From Parcubacteria group bacterium RIFCSPLOWO2_01_FULL_48_18 (GTDB lineage: Bacteria > Patescibacteriota > Minisyncoccia > UBA6257 > WO2-01-48-18), in contig MHXH01000018.1 in NCBI GenBank assembly GCA_001824435.1, positions 1,458-65,457 of the forward strand: a DNA stretch of 64,000 bases, in the 5' to 3' direction. This document shows, one piece after another, positions 27,458 through 36,411 of the stretch; within the stretch, counting starts at the first letter, position 1, and each line of letters begins with the position of its first letter. Below the pieces are notes generated by a model. The model was not told where the DNA came from. It saw only the letters and a program-made list of their open reading frames with translations, and ran no database searches. The translations under genes were made by a program, and so were the position numbers.

Positions 27458-28792
27458 GTGCATTTCGATCGCCGCCAACTCATTCTCATAGGCTTTGTCG
27501 CGCTCATCATTGTCGGCGCGGTGATTACGTATCTTTTCGGCCGCAAAGATCCGATGAATCAACCGCGGGGAGAAGAGACTAGCATTGTTATGTGGGGCGT
27601 ATACGATCCCATCAGTTTTTACGATGCGGCTGCCGCGAACTATTATGCGCAGAAAAACGCCGACGCCAAAATCATATACTACCAGATGGACCCCGAAACG
27701 TATGAAGAGGACCTGCTCAACGCGCTGGCCGCCGGAGAAGGACCGGATATTTTCATGATCCACAACACGTGGATCCCTAAGCACTTCAACAAGATCTGGT
27801 ACGCCAATGAATCCATGGTTACGGCCGCAACAGCAGAACCGCTGTTCCCCGAAGTCGTCATGGGCGATTTTGCGCCCCAGGGATCTGTCTATGCGCTTCC
27901 TCTATCCATTGATACGCTCGCCCTCTATTACAACAAGGATCTATTTGATCAGGCGGGAATCGCGCTCCCCCCGAAAACGTGGAGCGAGTTCGAAGCGGCG
28001 GCAGATAAACTAAAGAAGATTGACCGTGTTACCGGCAAAGTGATCCGCGCCGGCGCCGCGCTTGGCGGCTCGGCCAAAAGCATCAGCCGCGCTGCGGATA
28101 TTGTATCTCTCTTAATGCTCCAGCGCAGGGCACAGATGGTAAGCGACGGCTTTGATCGCGCAACATTCGGCGCGGAAACCGGAGACCTGTTCAGCGGCAG
28201 TAATCCCGGCCTCGAGGCCCTGGAATTTTATACGAAATTCGCCAATCCGTATGCCCTGCAGTTTACGTGGTCCGACGACTTTTCTACTGCAATCGATGCG
28301 TTTTCCGAAGGAAGCGCGGCGATGATGCTTGGCTACCTCAGCGAGCAGCCGAACATACGCGAGAAAAATCCGTTTCTCAATTTCGGCATCGCGCCGATGC
28401 TCCAACAAAACCCCGATGCGCCGGTTAACTACGCAAGCTACTGGGGATATACCGTACGGGCAAATTCGGAGAACTACCATGCGGCGTGGGATTTTATTCT
28501 TTTCCTGACCACGCAAGAAGATCAGGCAAGGGTTTACATGGACGCGAGCGGCAAACCGCCGGCGCTGCGCGCGCTCATCGGCGAAAAAATAAACGATTCC
28601 CGTCTCGGCGCATTCGCGCGCCAATCGCTGACTGCGCGTTCATGGCTTCAACCGGACAGCCGCGCGGTTGATGCGATTTTTTCCGATATGATACAATCAG
28701 TAATAACAGGAAGGTTCGGCCTCGACGAAGCGCTTTCCAATGCCGAACGGGAAGTAACGGCGCTTATCGAACGGTCAAGGTTTATGAAGTAA
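27458..28792 (+). CDS. Extracellular solute-binding protein (ABC transporter SBP family 1-like), membrane-anchored; no adjacent permease or ATPase
   Basis: N-terminal TM helix, then a sugar-SBP-like fold (IVMWGVYDP...DIFMIHNTWIPKH...YALPLSIDTLALYYNKDLF..PPKTWSEF). Confidence 0.65.
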   Translation: MHFDRRQLILIGFVALIIVGAVITYLFGRKDPMNQPRGEETSIVMWGVYDPISFYDAAAANYYAQKNADAKIIYYQMDPETYEEDLLNALAAGEGPDIFMIHNTWIPKHFNKIWYANESMVTAATAEPLFPEVVMGDFAPQGSVYALPLSIDTLALYYNKDLFDQAGIALPPKTWSEFEAAADKLKKIDRVTGKVIRAGAALGGSAKSISRAADIVSLLMLQRRAQMVSDGFDRATFGAETGDLFSGSNPGLEALEFYTKFANPYALQFTWSDDFSTAIDAFSEGSAAMMLGYLSEQPNIREKNPFLNFGIAPMLQQNPDAPVNYASYWGYTVRANSENYHAAWDFILFLTTQEDQARVYMDASGKPPALRALIGEKINDSRLGAFARQSLTARSWLQPDSRAVDAIFSDMIQSVITGRFGLDEALSNAEREVTALIERSRFMK

Positions 28793-28809
28793 CCCGCTTA
28801 ATAGGTTTC

Positions 28810-29259
28810 ATGATTTTTTCATACTTTTCATCTTTGTCATTACGCTCTTTGCGTTATCCGGCTGTAGTTGTTATCGCGGCTGTGGTGCTTGCCGTATTTT
28901 TGTCGGCTCCATCCTATGCAGTAGCAGTGTCCATCGTACCCCAGACATGCGCTACAGCCAGTAGTAGCGAAATTCTTGCCAAATGCGGCGTTTGCGCGCT
29001 TGCCCAAGCGTTTAAAAACGCGACGGACATTATGATCACCATTTCCGGTCCCTTGGCAGTAATGTTTCTTTTGTATGCCGCAGTACTTTTTTTGACATCA
29101 GGCGGATCCCAAGAAAGAGTGAGCCAAGCGAAAAAAGTGGCAACGTCAGCAGCAGTAGGGCTTGTGATTGTTCTTCTGTCCTGGGTTATTTTAAATACCA
29201 TTATCAATGTTATTTTCGGCGCAAAACTATCCGCTCCATGGTCTAGCTTTACGTGTTAA
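28810..29259 (+). CDS. TrbC/VirB2-like pilin paralog 1 (149 aa)
   Basis: Signal/TM segment, then two hydrophobic helices separated by a short polar loop (LAVMFLLYAAVLFLTSGGSQERVSQAKKVATSAAVGLVIVLLSWVI), the topology of conjugative T4SS pilins. Confidence 0.45.
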   Translation: MIFSYFSSLSLRSLRYPAVVVIAAVVLAVFLSAPSYAVAVSIVPQTCATASSSEILAKCGVCALAQAFKNATDIMITISGPLAVMFLLYAAVLFLTSGGSQERVSQAKKVATSAAVGLVIVLLSWVILNTIINVIFGAKLSAPWSSFTC

Positions 29260-29266
29260 TTAATCT

Positions 29267-29632
29267 TTGCAAAAGAACCAGCGGCCAAAAATTATAAAAA
29301 ATGGGGGAGGCGCCATATTTCTTGTCGCACTGTTCCTTTTATGGGTTACCACTACATCAGCAGTAACCACTATATCAGTCACCAATCCTTTAGGAGGCAC
29401 CTGCAACGATCTTGTATGCATACTGGATAAGGTCGCCGGAGCGCTCTGGTGGATCGGTTCTCCGCTCGCGGTCATGATGGTCATCTGGGGCGCGATACAG
29501 ATTCTTACTTCAGCCGGCAATGCAGAGCGGGTCAAAACCGGCAAGCACACAATCCTCTATGCGGTGGTGGGCATTATCTTTCTTCTGCTTGCGGGCGGCT
29601 TAAACCTTATTATTCAAAGCCTTTTTGCATGA
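29267..29632 (+). CDS. TrbC/VirB2-like pilin paralog 2 (121 aa)
   Basis: LWWIGSPLAVMMVIWGAIQILTSAGNAERVKTGKHTILYAVVGIIFLLLAGGLNLIIQSL. Confidence 0.5.
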   Translation: MQKNQRPKIIKNGGGAIFLVALFLLWVTTTSAVTTISVTNPLGGTCNDLVCILDKVAGALWWIGSPLAVMMVIWGAIQILTSAGNAERVKTGKHTILYAVVGIIFLLLAGGLNLIIQSLFA

Positions 29633-29952
29633 AACTCGTCATACCATCACTTGTACTGGTTATCTTCTTCGCAGTATCAACGCATTCCGCGTTCGCGGCG
29701 CTTTCAAACCCGCTTGACCCCTGTAAAGAGATCACCTGCATTTTGGACAAATTCGCAGCCGGATTGTGGTGGATCGGCTCTCCACTCGCAGTCATCTTTG
29801 TCCTCTGGGGCGCGATTCAGATTCTCACCGCAGGCGGCGACGTAGAACGATTAAAAAAGGGCAAAAGTACCATTACCTATGCGATCATAGGGCTTATCAT
29901 CCTTTTTGCAGGCGCTGGCGTAAACCTTATTATCCAGAGTCTTTTGAAATGA
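29629..29952 (+). CDS. TrbC/VirB2-like pilin paralog 3 (107 aa). The start ATG overlaps the stop of paralog 2 (ATGA).
   Basis: MKLVIPSLVLVIFFAVSTHSAFA signal peptide, then LWWIGSPLAVIFVLWGAIQILTAGGDVERLKKGKSTITYAIIGLIILFAGAGVNLIIQSL; the ORF-track N-terminal extension is rejected. Confidence 0.5.
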   Translation: MKLVIPSLVLVIFFAVSTHSAFAALSNPLDPCKEITCILDKFAAGLWWIGSPLAVIFVLWGAIQILTAGGDVERLKKGKSTITYAIIGLIILFAGAGVNLIIQSLLK

Positions 29953-30122
29953 GGCGGCTGGTTATCCCCAACCCTTGCAATGTGCCGGATCCTATGGTAT
30001 GATACCGATAGGCAAAGAGAGGCTTGTCCATTCCACGGCCAAACCCCCTGCCTTAGCAAAGCAATCAAAGAGTTTAAAGGTCGCCTTCAAAGTCCCAAAT
30101 CTAATTTTGGGAAAAACGATAT

Positions 30123-30500
30123 ATGAGCATTGTAATTAATAAGAAAGCGTTTGTTGCCGCAGTCGCGCTTTTTGCGGTCATGTTCGCGGTACTGCCGTTT
30201 TTGACGTTTGCAGGTACCCCGGGAGGACCTACGCAGCCCCCGAAGAACATTACCAGCATTAGCAACTTCGTCACGGTGCTGCAGACTGTTTTGGGCTGGA
30301 TGTTCACGATCTTTCTGATTCTCGCGGTCGTAATGATCATCTGGGCAGCGTTTCTGTACTTGACTGCCGGCGGCGATGAAGAAAAAACCAAGAAGGCAAA
30401 GCAGGTATTGATTTACGCAGTTGTCGCGATCGTCGTTGCATTGGTTGCGGCAGGCGTGCCGAACATTGTCGGCTCGCTCATCGGTTCTCCGCTTCCATAA
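30123..30500 (+). CDS. TrbC/VirB2-like pilin paralog 4 (125 aa)
   Basis: Signal peptide, GPTQPPKNITSI, then two hydrophobic helices; near-identical to paralog 6. Confidence 0.5.
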   Translation: MSIVINKKAFVAAVALFAVMFAVLPFLTFAGTPGGPTQPPKNITSISNFVTVLQTVLGWMFTIFLILAVVMIIWAAFLYLTAGGDEEKTKKAKQVLIYAVVAIVVALVAAGVPNIVGSLIGSPLP

Positions 30501-30522
30501 CGGCAAAAAGTGCCTCTATGAT

Positions 30523-30552
30523 AGTTCTGGGCGCTTGCGAGCGCCCAGAACT
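30523..30552 (+). terminator. Perfect 12-bp hairpin (AGTTCTGGGCGC-ttgcga-GCGCCCAGAACT) after pilin paralog 4
   Basis: Perfect GC-rich stem; the downstream T-tract is weak. Confidence 0.35.
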
Positions 30553-30573
30553 GCGTAAGGCATTCATTCTGGA

Positions 30574-30966
30574 ATGGTTATTGGAAAAAATAAAAAAGGG
30601 GTCGCCAAAGCAAACATGATAATGACAGCTCTATTGCTGATGTTGGTTGTATTGCCTTCTTTTATTTTCGCCCAAACTACCCCCGCAAAGCCGCCGAGAT
30701 CGATCACGAGTATTGGTCAATTCGTTACCGCTCTCTGCACCGTCATGAATTGGCTATACACTTTTTTTCTGGTATTGTCGGTTCTCATGATCCTGTGGGC
30801 CGCGTTTCTATACGTCACGAGCGCCGGAAGCGATGAAAAAATCAAACAGGCAAAACAAACCATCGTCTATGCGGTAATTGCTATCATCGTTGCCGCGATT
30901 GCCGCAGGGCTCCCGAACATTATCGAAACCCTTCTTTCTGCGCCGGCTTCTAAAATACCCTGTTAA
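30574..30966 (+). CDS. TrbC/VirB2-like pilin paralog 5 (130 aa)
   Basis: Same architecture: PRSITSIGQFVTALCTVMNWLYTFFLVLSVLMILWAAFLYVTSAGSDEKIKQAKQTIVYAVIAIIVAAIAAGLPNII. Confidence 0.5.
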   Translation: MVIGKNKKGVAKANMIMTALLLMLVVLPSFIFAQTTPAKPPRSITSIGQFVTALCTVMNWLYTFFLVLSVLMILWAAFLYVTSAGSDEKIKQAKQTIVYAVIAIIVAAIAAGLPNIIETLLSAPASKIPC

Positions 30967-31045
30967 TACAAAAAGACATTGTCTAACAGTTAGAGGATTA
31001 CATTACAAAAAGGTCGTAGAAATTCAGTTATATACGTATTTATTT

Positions 31046-31420
31046 ATGAGCATTGCCATGCGTCCAAAGACTATTATGATTGCGATTGCGTTATTGATGG
31101 CTGCGCTATTGCCGCTTGTCAGTTTTGCCGCAGCGCCGCCCGGAGGACCGACCCAACCGCCGAAAAACATCACAAGTATCGGTACATTAGTGACCGTGCT
31201 TCAAACCGTACTCGGCTGGATGTTCACGATCTTTCTGATTCTCGCGGTCGTCATGATCATCTGGGCAGCGTTTATTTATCTGACTGCCGGGGGAGAAGAA
31301 GAAAAACTGGGCAAAGCCAAATCAATCCTTATTTACGCGGTGGTAGCCGTCGTAGTGGCATTAGTTGCCGCAGGACTCCCGAACATTGTCGGCTCTTTAA
31401 TCGGATCGCCCCTTCCATAA
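31046..31420 (+). CDS. TrbC/VirB2-like pilin paralog 6 (124 aa). The ORF-track start 30878 is rejected; ATG at 31046 gives a signal peptide.
   Basis: MSIAMRPKTIMIAIALLMAALLPLVSFAAAPPGGPTQPPKNITSI...; a 60-bp segment is near-identical to paralog 4 with one mismatch. Confidence 0.5.
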   Translation: MSIAMRPKTIMIAIALLMAALLPLVSFAAAPPGGPTQPPKNITSIGTLVTVLQTVLGWMFTIFLILAVVMIIWAAFIYLTAGGEEEKLGKAKSILIYAVVAVVVALVAAGLPNIVGSLIGSPLP

Positions 31421-31452
31421 TGGTTTTTCGGATGAAGAATATCATATAACCA

Positions 31453-31486
31453 AATTCCGCCCCTCTGGGGCGGAATTTGTATTTTA
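31453..31486 (+). terminator. Rho-independent terminator after the pilin array
   Basis: AAATTCCGCCCC-tct-GGGGCGGAATTT, perfect 12-bp stem, then GTATTTT. Confidence 0.65.
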
Positions 31487-31534
31487 CGCAGAGAGTAAAA
31501 TATACTATCATGGGTTGTGGAGCAGAATATGCAT

Positions 31535-31616
31535 GGGCGGGTGGCGGAATCGGCAGACGCGCAGGGTTTAGGACCCTGTGGGGAAACCCGTGAGAGTTCA
31601 AATCTCTCCCCGCCCA
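31535..31616 (+). tRNA. tRNA-Leu (anticodon TAG), type II
   Basis: Acceptor GGGCGGG/CCCGCCC, anticodon stem CAGGG/CCCTG with loop TTTAGGA, variable arm TGGGGAAACCCGT, T-arm GAGAG-TTCAAAT-CTCTC; discriminator A, no encoded CCA. Confidence 0.8.
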
Positions 31617-32049
31617 CACTTCGACTCGCTTCGCTCGCTCAGTGTAAACCCATTAGAGCGAGGCGAAGTGCCCTGGGCCCATCGGGTCTGAGATCCTCAG
31701 GCCATTCGGCTCAGAGAGCCTCAGGCTCGATGAGGTCGAATGACTTGTCGAAAGGCTTTTAATTTTCGATTAGTGACCCAGAGCGTGTCCGGAAACCCCC
31801 TTTTCTACTGCAATCTCTTTCGTTCGGCTGCGGCTTCGTCGCTCCCCTGCCTATCAGCAGACAGACCTGCCTGCCGACAGGCAGGTCCTCGGCGTATACT
31901 CCGTATACAACCTCGTCGTCGCTCCTTACCTCGCTCGAACGGAGAAGAGATTTCGCTACGAAAAAGGGTTCCGGACATACTCTAGTGAGTCCACCGGTTT
32001 CAACGCACTTGCAAAAAAGAACTTTTCGTGGTATAATTGTAAACATACG

Positions 32050-33729
32050 ATGGCTTTAGGTGCAACAACTCCAAATTTTATTTCTTCTTCGCCTCTAGCG
32101 GCACGAGCTTACGATTTCGCGAAAAAGGCTCACGAGGGACAAAGGCGCGCAACCGGCGAGCCGTACATCAATCATGCAGTAGAAACGGCAAAAACCGTAT
32201 CCGCATGGAAATTAGACGAGAACGCGATAGCCGCTGCCCTCCTGCACGACGTTGCCGAAGATACGAACTGCACGCTTGATGACGTGCAAAAAGAATTCGG
32301 CGACGAAATCGTTTTTCTGGTTGCCGGAATCACCAAGCTCGGAAAGATTAAATACCGCGGTATCGAGGCGCAAATTGAGAATATGCGGAAAATGGTATTA
32401 GCAATGGCAGAGGATATCCGCGTCGTGCTGATCAAATTGGCAGATCGACTGCACAACATGGAAACGCTTTCCGTCATGCCGAACCAAAAACAGAAACGCA
32501 TCGCATTGGAAACGGCAGAAATATACGCCCCGCTCGCCTACCGACTCGGCATGCAGAACTTAAGCGGACATCTTAGAGACCTTGCGATGCCGTTCTTGAA
32601 TCCAAAAGAATACGGATGGTTACTCGAGAACGTCAAAGATCATTATGAAAGTCGCGTCGCTTATCTTGAGAGGGTGAAACCGACCATTGAAAGCTCGCTA
32701 AGAGAAAACGGCATCCATCAATTCCGTATTGACTTTCGCGCCAAACGCTACTCAAGTTTGTACAATAAACTCCTGCGCTACAACATGGACATTGACAGCA
32801 TCTACGACCTCGTGGCTCTCCGTCTTATCGTGCCATCGGTGAACGACTGTTACGCGGCGCTCGGAGTTATTCATTCGCTCTGGCCGCCCATGCCGGGAAG
32901 AATCAAAGATTATATCGCCATGCCCAAGCCGAACGGATACCGCAGCATTCATACGACGGTATTTTGTTTTGACAACAAAATTACCGAATTCCAAATACGC
33001 ACACAACAAATGCACGAAGAGGGGGAATTCGGCATCGCGGCGCACTGGGCGTACAAGGAACATAAAAGTTCACAGGAGCTTATCAAAAACGCGCAAGAGC
33101 TGACGTGGGTCAAGCAACTCCGGCAATGGCAAGAACACTTTTCCGATTCGAAACAATTCATGGAGTCGCTTAAAATCGACTTCTTCAGGGACAGGATTTT
33201 TGTTGTTACGCCACGAGGAGAAGTCATCGATTTGCCCGCCGGTGCGACGCCGATTGATTTTGCGTACAGAATACACACCGAGGTTGGCAATAGCTGCGTC
33301 GGCGCGAAAATAAATGGCAAGATTGTTCCGCTTGAGTTTGAACTCAGGTCCGGCGACGTAGTCCATATCCTGACGCAGAAAAACAAAAAGCCGTCGGAGT
33401 CATGGTTGCGTTTTGCAAAAACTGCGGCAGCGCGGGATCATATCAGGGGCGCTGTACGAACACAAAAAAGAACATTGCTCGGCATGCAGCCAAGAAAAAT
33501 CGTTGAATTCAAAATCGCGGCGGGAGATCGGATCGGCCTTCTCAAAGACGTATGCGCTGTCTTTGCGGCCTCCAAGATCAACATCGTGAAGGCCCAAACC
33601 GTTTCCACGGCCTCCATGCCGCTTATGAAAATTCAATGCGAGATAAAAGAAACCCGCGAGATCGAAAAAATGCTCATCAAACTCAAACGGCTTAAGGAAA
33701 TAAAAGAGGTAGGATACCGATATGTGTAG
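32050..33729 (+). CDS. RelA/SpoT-family (p)ppGpp synthetase/hydrolase, short form (559 aa)
   Basis: HD hydrolase domain (HAVETAKTV...LLHDVAEDT), synthetase region (RAKRYSSLYNKLLRYNMDIDSIYDLVALRLIV), TGS-like and C-terminal ACT-like regions. Confidence 0.85.
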   Translation: MALGATTPNFISSSPLAARAYDFAKKAHEGQRRATGEPYINHAVETAKTVSAWKLDENAIAAALLHDVAEDTNCTLDDVQKEFGDEIVFLVAGITKLGKIKYRGIEAQIENMRKMVLAMAEDIRVVLIKLADRLHNMETLSVMPNQKQKRIALETAEIYAPLAYRLGMQNLSGHLRDLAMPFLNPKEYGWLLENVKDHYESRVAYLERVKPTIESSLRENGIHQFRIDFRAKRYSSLYNKLLRYNMDIDSIYDLVALRLIVPSVNDCYAALGVIHSLWPPMPGRIKDYIAMPKPNGYRSIHTTVFCFDNKITEFQIRTQQMHEEGEFGIAAHWAYKEHKSSQELIKNAQELTWVKQLRQWQEHFSDSKQFMESLKIDFFRDRIFVVTPRGEVIDLPAGATPIDFAYRIHTEVGNSCVGAKINGKIVPLEFELRSGDVVHILTQKNKKPSESWLRFAKTAAARDHIRGAVRTQKRTLLGMQPRKIVEFKIAAGDRIGLLKDVCAVFAASKINIVKAQTVSTASMPLMKIQCEIKETREIEKMLIKLKRLKEIKEVGYRYV

Positions 33730-33740
33730 TCGGAAATTGT

Positions 33741-34448
33741 ATGCAGGAACCCCATGTTATTTACGAAGACAACGATTTTCTTGCCATCAACAAACCTGCC
33801 GGTATGCTTGTCGATCAGGTAAGAGCCCTAGGGAAACTTCTTCCGGAACATAGAGAAGAAACACTTGCCGGTTGGCTTGAAAAAAAAATTCCCAGCGCAA
33901 AACTGGTACATCGACTTGATAAAGACACGTCCGGGATCATACTTGCCGCCAAAACTCCGGCATATTTTGATTATTTCAAGTTGCTTTTCAGGGAACGATT
34001 AATAAAAAAAACGTACCTTGCGCTTGTCGCTGGAAAATTCAAAAAGAAAACCGGCGTGATCAATGCACCGATAGGAATAAAACAAGGCATGATACGACAC
34101 ACGACCCATGAACCAAGGCGGCCGACAGAAGCGATAACGGAGTATAAGGTGGTCGGTGAATTTATCGCAGACGAAAAACCAATTTCCCTCCTTGAGGTAT
34201 ATCCTAAAACCGGAAGGACGCATCAAATCCGGGTACATCTGAATTCAATTCATCGCCCCGTCGTTGGCGACCCCCTCTACGGCGGCATCAGCGTTTCCAC
34301 GCTAGGCGCATCGCGTCAGATGCTTCATGCGCAATCGCTCGAATTTATCCTCAAAGACGGCGGCCGCATTAAATTGGAAGCAAACGCACCGGATGATTTT
34401 AACCGCATCGTAAATCATCTAGCGGCAGCTTCACGTAATGCTTCGTAA
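33741..34448 (+). CDS. RluA-family pseudouridine synthase
   Basis: LAINKPAGMLV...HRLDKDTSGIILAAKT catalytic motif. Confidence 0.85.
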   Translation: MQEPHVIYEDNDFLAINKPAGMLVDQVRALGKLLPEHREETLAGWLEKKIPSAKLVHRLDKDTSGIILAAKTPAYFDYFKLLFRERLIKKTYLALVAGKFKKKTGVINAPIGIKQGMIRHTTHEPRRPTEAITEYKVVGEFIADEKPISLLEVYPKTGRTHQIRVHLNSIHRPVVGDPLYGGISVSTLGASRQMLHAQSLEFILKDGGRIKLEANAPDDFNRIVNHLAAASRNAS

Positions 34449-34467
34449 CCATACTTAAAACTATATT

Positions 34468-35352
34468 CTATTCGTAAAGTAGCCGCCGCAGAATTCCTGC
34501 GATATACCGAGCCCGTATAGCCGCAATCGAGAACGTCCTGTTATATATTTTTATCTCGTCGATGATACCGTTGAAGTAGCCCGAAGTGGTTCGGGCGCCA
34601 ATCGAAATATCTTCGCCTTGCCGAAGGGTTCCGGTAAGCGTTGCTCGTTCCATCACTCTGCCGTTTCGATAAAGCACCATGTTTCCTACTTTGTTGATAG
34701 CGCCGACAAAATAGTACCATTGATTAGCTTTCAGATACTTTTCAGTATCAACCTGAAAACCGGTTCCCCCGGTGTTGAATACCTTAAACGCGGTTTGATC
34801 ACCCCACCCCTCATAGCCAAATTCCATTTTATATCCGGAAGGCGCATCCCACCATACAAAGTAATACCACTGGCTTGGCTCTTCCCCGTAGTCGCGCAGC
34901 GGCTTTACCCACACCTCAACAGTGAGTTCGTCGGTCGAGGCCGAAAGGCTTGTTGATGTGCCAACAGCCACCCGATCGTCAACGCCGTCAAATTGCAGAG
35001 CCCAATTTCCGCCTCCCCTCTTAATTACTTTATGCGGCGTATCGCCTGTCCACGTTGCACCGTAGATGGTGCCGTGGTTTTTATTTCCCGATGTGTCGGA
35101 CGTCGAAGTTCCAGCACCCTCATGAAAACCCCAATACGCAACAGGTTCTCCCGCTACATTGATGGCATTTCTAATGTCATGGCTCATTTGAAACCCTTTA
35201 ACTATAGTTGATTGCTGTTGAGCCTCATTGAAGGCACGGCGAAATTCCGGATATCCGACTGCGGCGATGATAAGAATAATAGCCATCGTTATGATGAGCT
35301 CGAGCACGCTGAATCCTTGCCGCCTTTCGCCATTAAAATTCTTTCTCCTCAT
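34468..35352 (-). CDS. Type IV pilin/pseudopilin-like protein with a LamG (concanavalin-like) C-terminal domain
   Basis: Prepilin-type N-terminus RRQGFSVLELIITMAIILIIAAV (G/FxxxE class III signal); LamG-like block DGVDDRVAVGTS...LTVEVWVKP. Confidence 0.65.
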   Translation of the reverse strand: MRRKNFNGERRQGFSVLELIITMAIILIIAAVGYPEFRRAFNEAQQQSTIVKGFQMSHDIRNAINVAGEPVAYWGFHEGAGTSTSDTSGNKNHGTIYGATWTGDTPHKVIKRGGGNWALQFDGVDDRVAVGTSTSLSASTDELTVEVWVKPLRDYGEEPSQWYYFVWWDAPSGYKMEFGYEGWGDQTAFKVFNTGGTGFQVDTEKYLKANQWYYFVGAINKVGNMVLYRNGRVMERATLTGTLRQGEDISIGARTTSGYFNGIIDEIKIYNRTFSIAAIRARYIAGILRRLLYE

Positions 35353-35610
35353 GGCTAATTATGAGCTGATAGTACAAATATAACACGACGAAGCTCCGCA
35401 AGCTCACACCTACGAAACTTCATTTCTCATCCGCAGGAATACTGTGCGCCTGTCATCAACGGCGTCTCACCCGAAGGACATCGCAAGTCCTTCGGGTAGA
35501 GCATGCCCGAAAAATCCTTTTCCGCCGTGAAATTGTTTATGTTCGAACCTTAACCGCCAAGCCAAATTGGATTTGACAGAGGCGTATCCGAGATATAGCA
35601 TACTAAAAGC

Positions 35611-36072
35611 ATGTCCTCAGGGCACGGATGGAGGTATAGGCCGGTGATTATTCGCGAGATGCACGTGGAGGATTTAGCAAGAGGGTTTTTGGAAACACTC
35701 CAAAGCTTGAGCACAACAGGAAATTTAACACCGATAGAGTGGACTGACGTTTATAACGAACTCAGAAACGACCCCGTCTACAGAATCTTCGTAGCGGAGG
35801 AGGATAAAAAAGTGATCGGAACCATCACGCTCCTCCTTGAGCGAAAATTCATTCATGCCGGAGGCATGGTCGGTCATATTGAAGACGTTGCCGTGCGAAA
35901 GGGCTGGCAAGGGCAAGGCGTCGGAAGAAAACTTGTGGAACACGCGCTTCGCGAAGCCGAACAATTTGGTTGTTATAAAGTTATTTTGGACTGCGGCGAA
36001 GACAACGTTCTGTTTTACGAAAAACTTGGTTTTCGAAAACACGAAATATGCATGCGTCGTGATATGACGTAG
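35611..36072 (+). CDS. GNAT-family N-acetyltransferase (glucosamine-6-phosphate acetyltransferase-like)
   Basis: Acetyl-CoA binding motif VAVRKGWQGQGVGRKLVEHAL; 153 aa. Confidence 0.75.
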   Translation: MSSGHGWRYRPVIIREMHVEDLARGFLETLQSLSTTGNLTPIEWTDVYNELRNDPVYRIFVAEEDKKVIGTITLLLERKFIHAGGMVGHIEDVAVRKGWQGQGVGRKLVEHALREAEQFGCYKVILDCGEDNVLFYEKLGFRKHEICMRRDMT

Positions 36073-36411
36073 CCGCCCCGGAATTTGGCGGTTTTTCTAT
36101 TTTTCTTTGAATTACGAAACTCAACGAGAGCACCTTTTCACAGATAAACAAAGGTGCGCGGCGTATATCCGCGGAAGATCATTGGAATGAAGTTGTGGTG
36201 GTGAAACTGGAAAAAAAACAAAAAACTTTAAGTCTCCTAAGAGCGAAGCTCGAGGTAAGATTTTCAAGGATCCCGTCTGTCCGCGGGGCAAGCTATATCT
36301 CAACACTCATTCGGAGATAAACGGGATTACGCCAACTGTATCCGCTCTCCCGCTCTCAGCGTGATCGCGGACAGTTACGGGACAACAGAAAAGAGGGTTT
36401 TCAGACATACT

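Noticed and set aside
29449-29628. N-terminal extension of pilin paralog 3 (track ORF 29449..29952)
   Set aside because: It overlaps the paralog 2 coding sequence; the internal ATG at 29629, coupled ATGA to the upstream stop, yields the canonical architecture.
30878-31045. 56-codon N-terminal extension of pilin paralog 6 (track ORF 30878..31420)
   Set aside because: It overlaps the 3' end of paralog 5 in another frame and reads MLSSLPRLPQGSRTL..., with no signal-peptide character; the ATG at 31046 gives the expected signal peptide.
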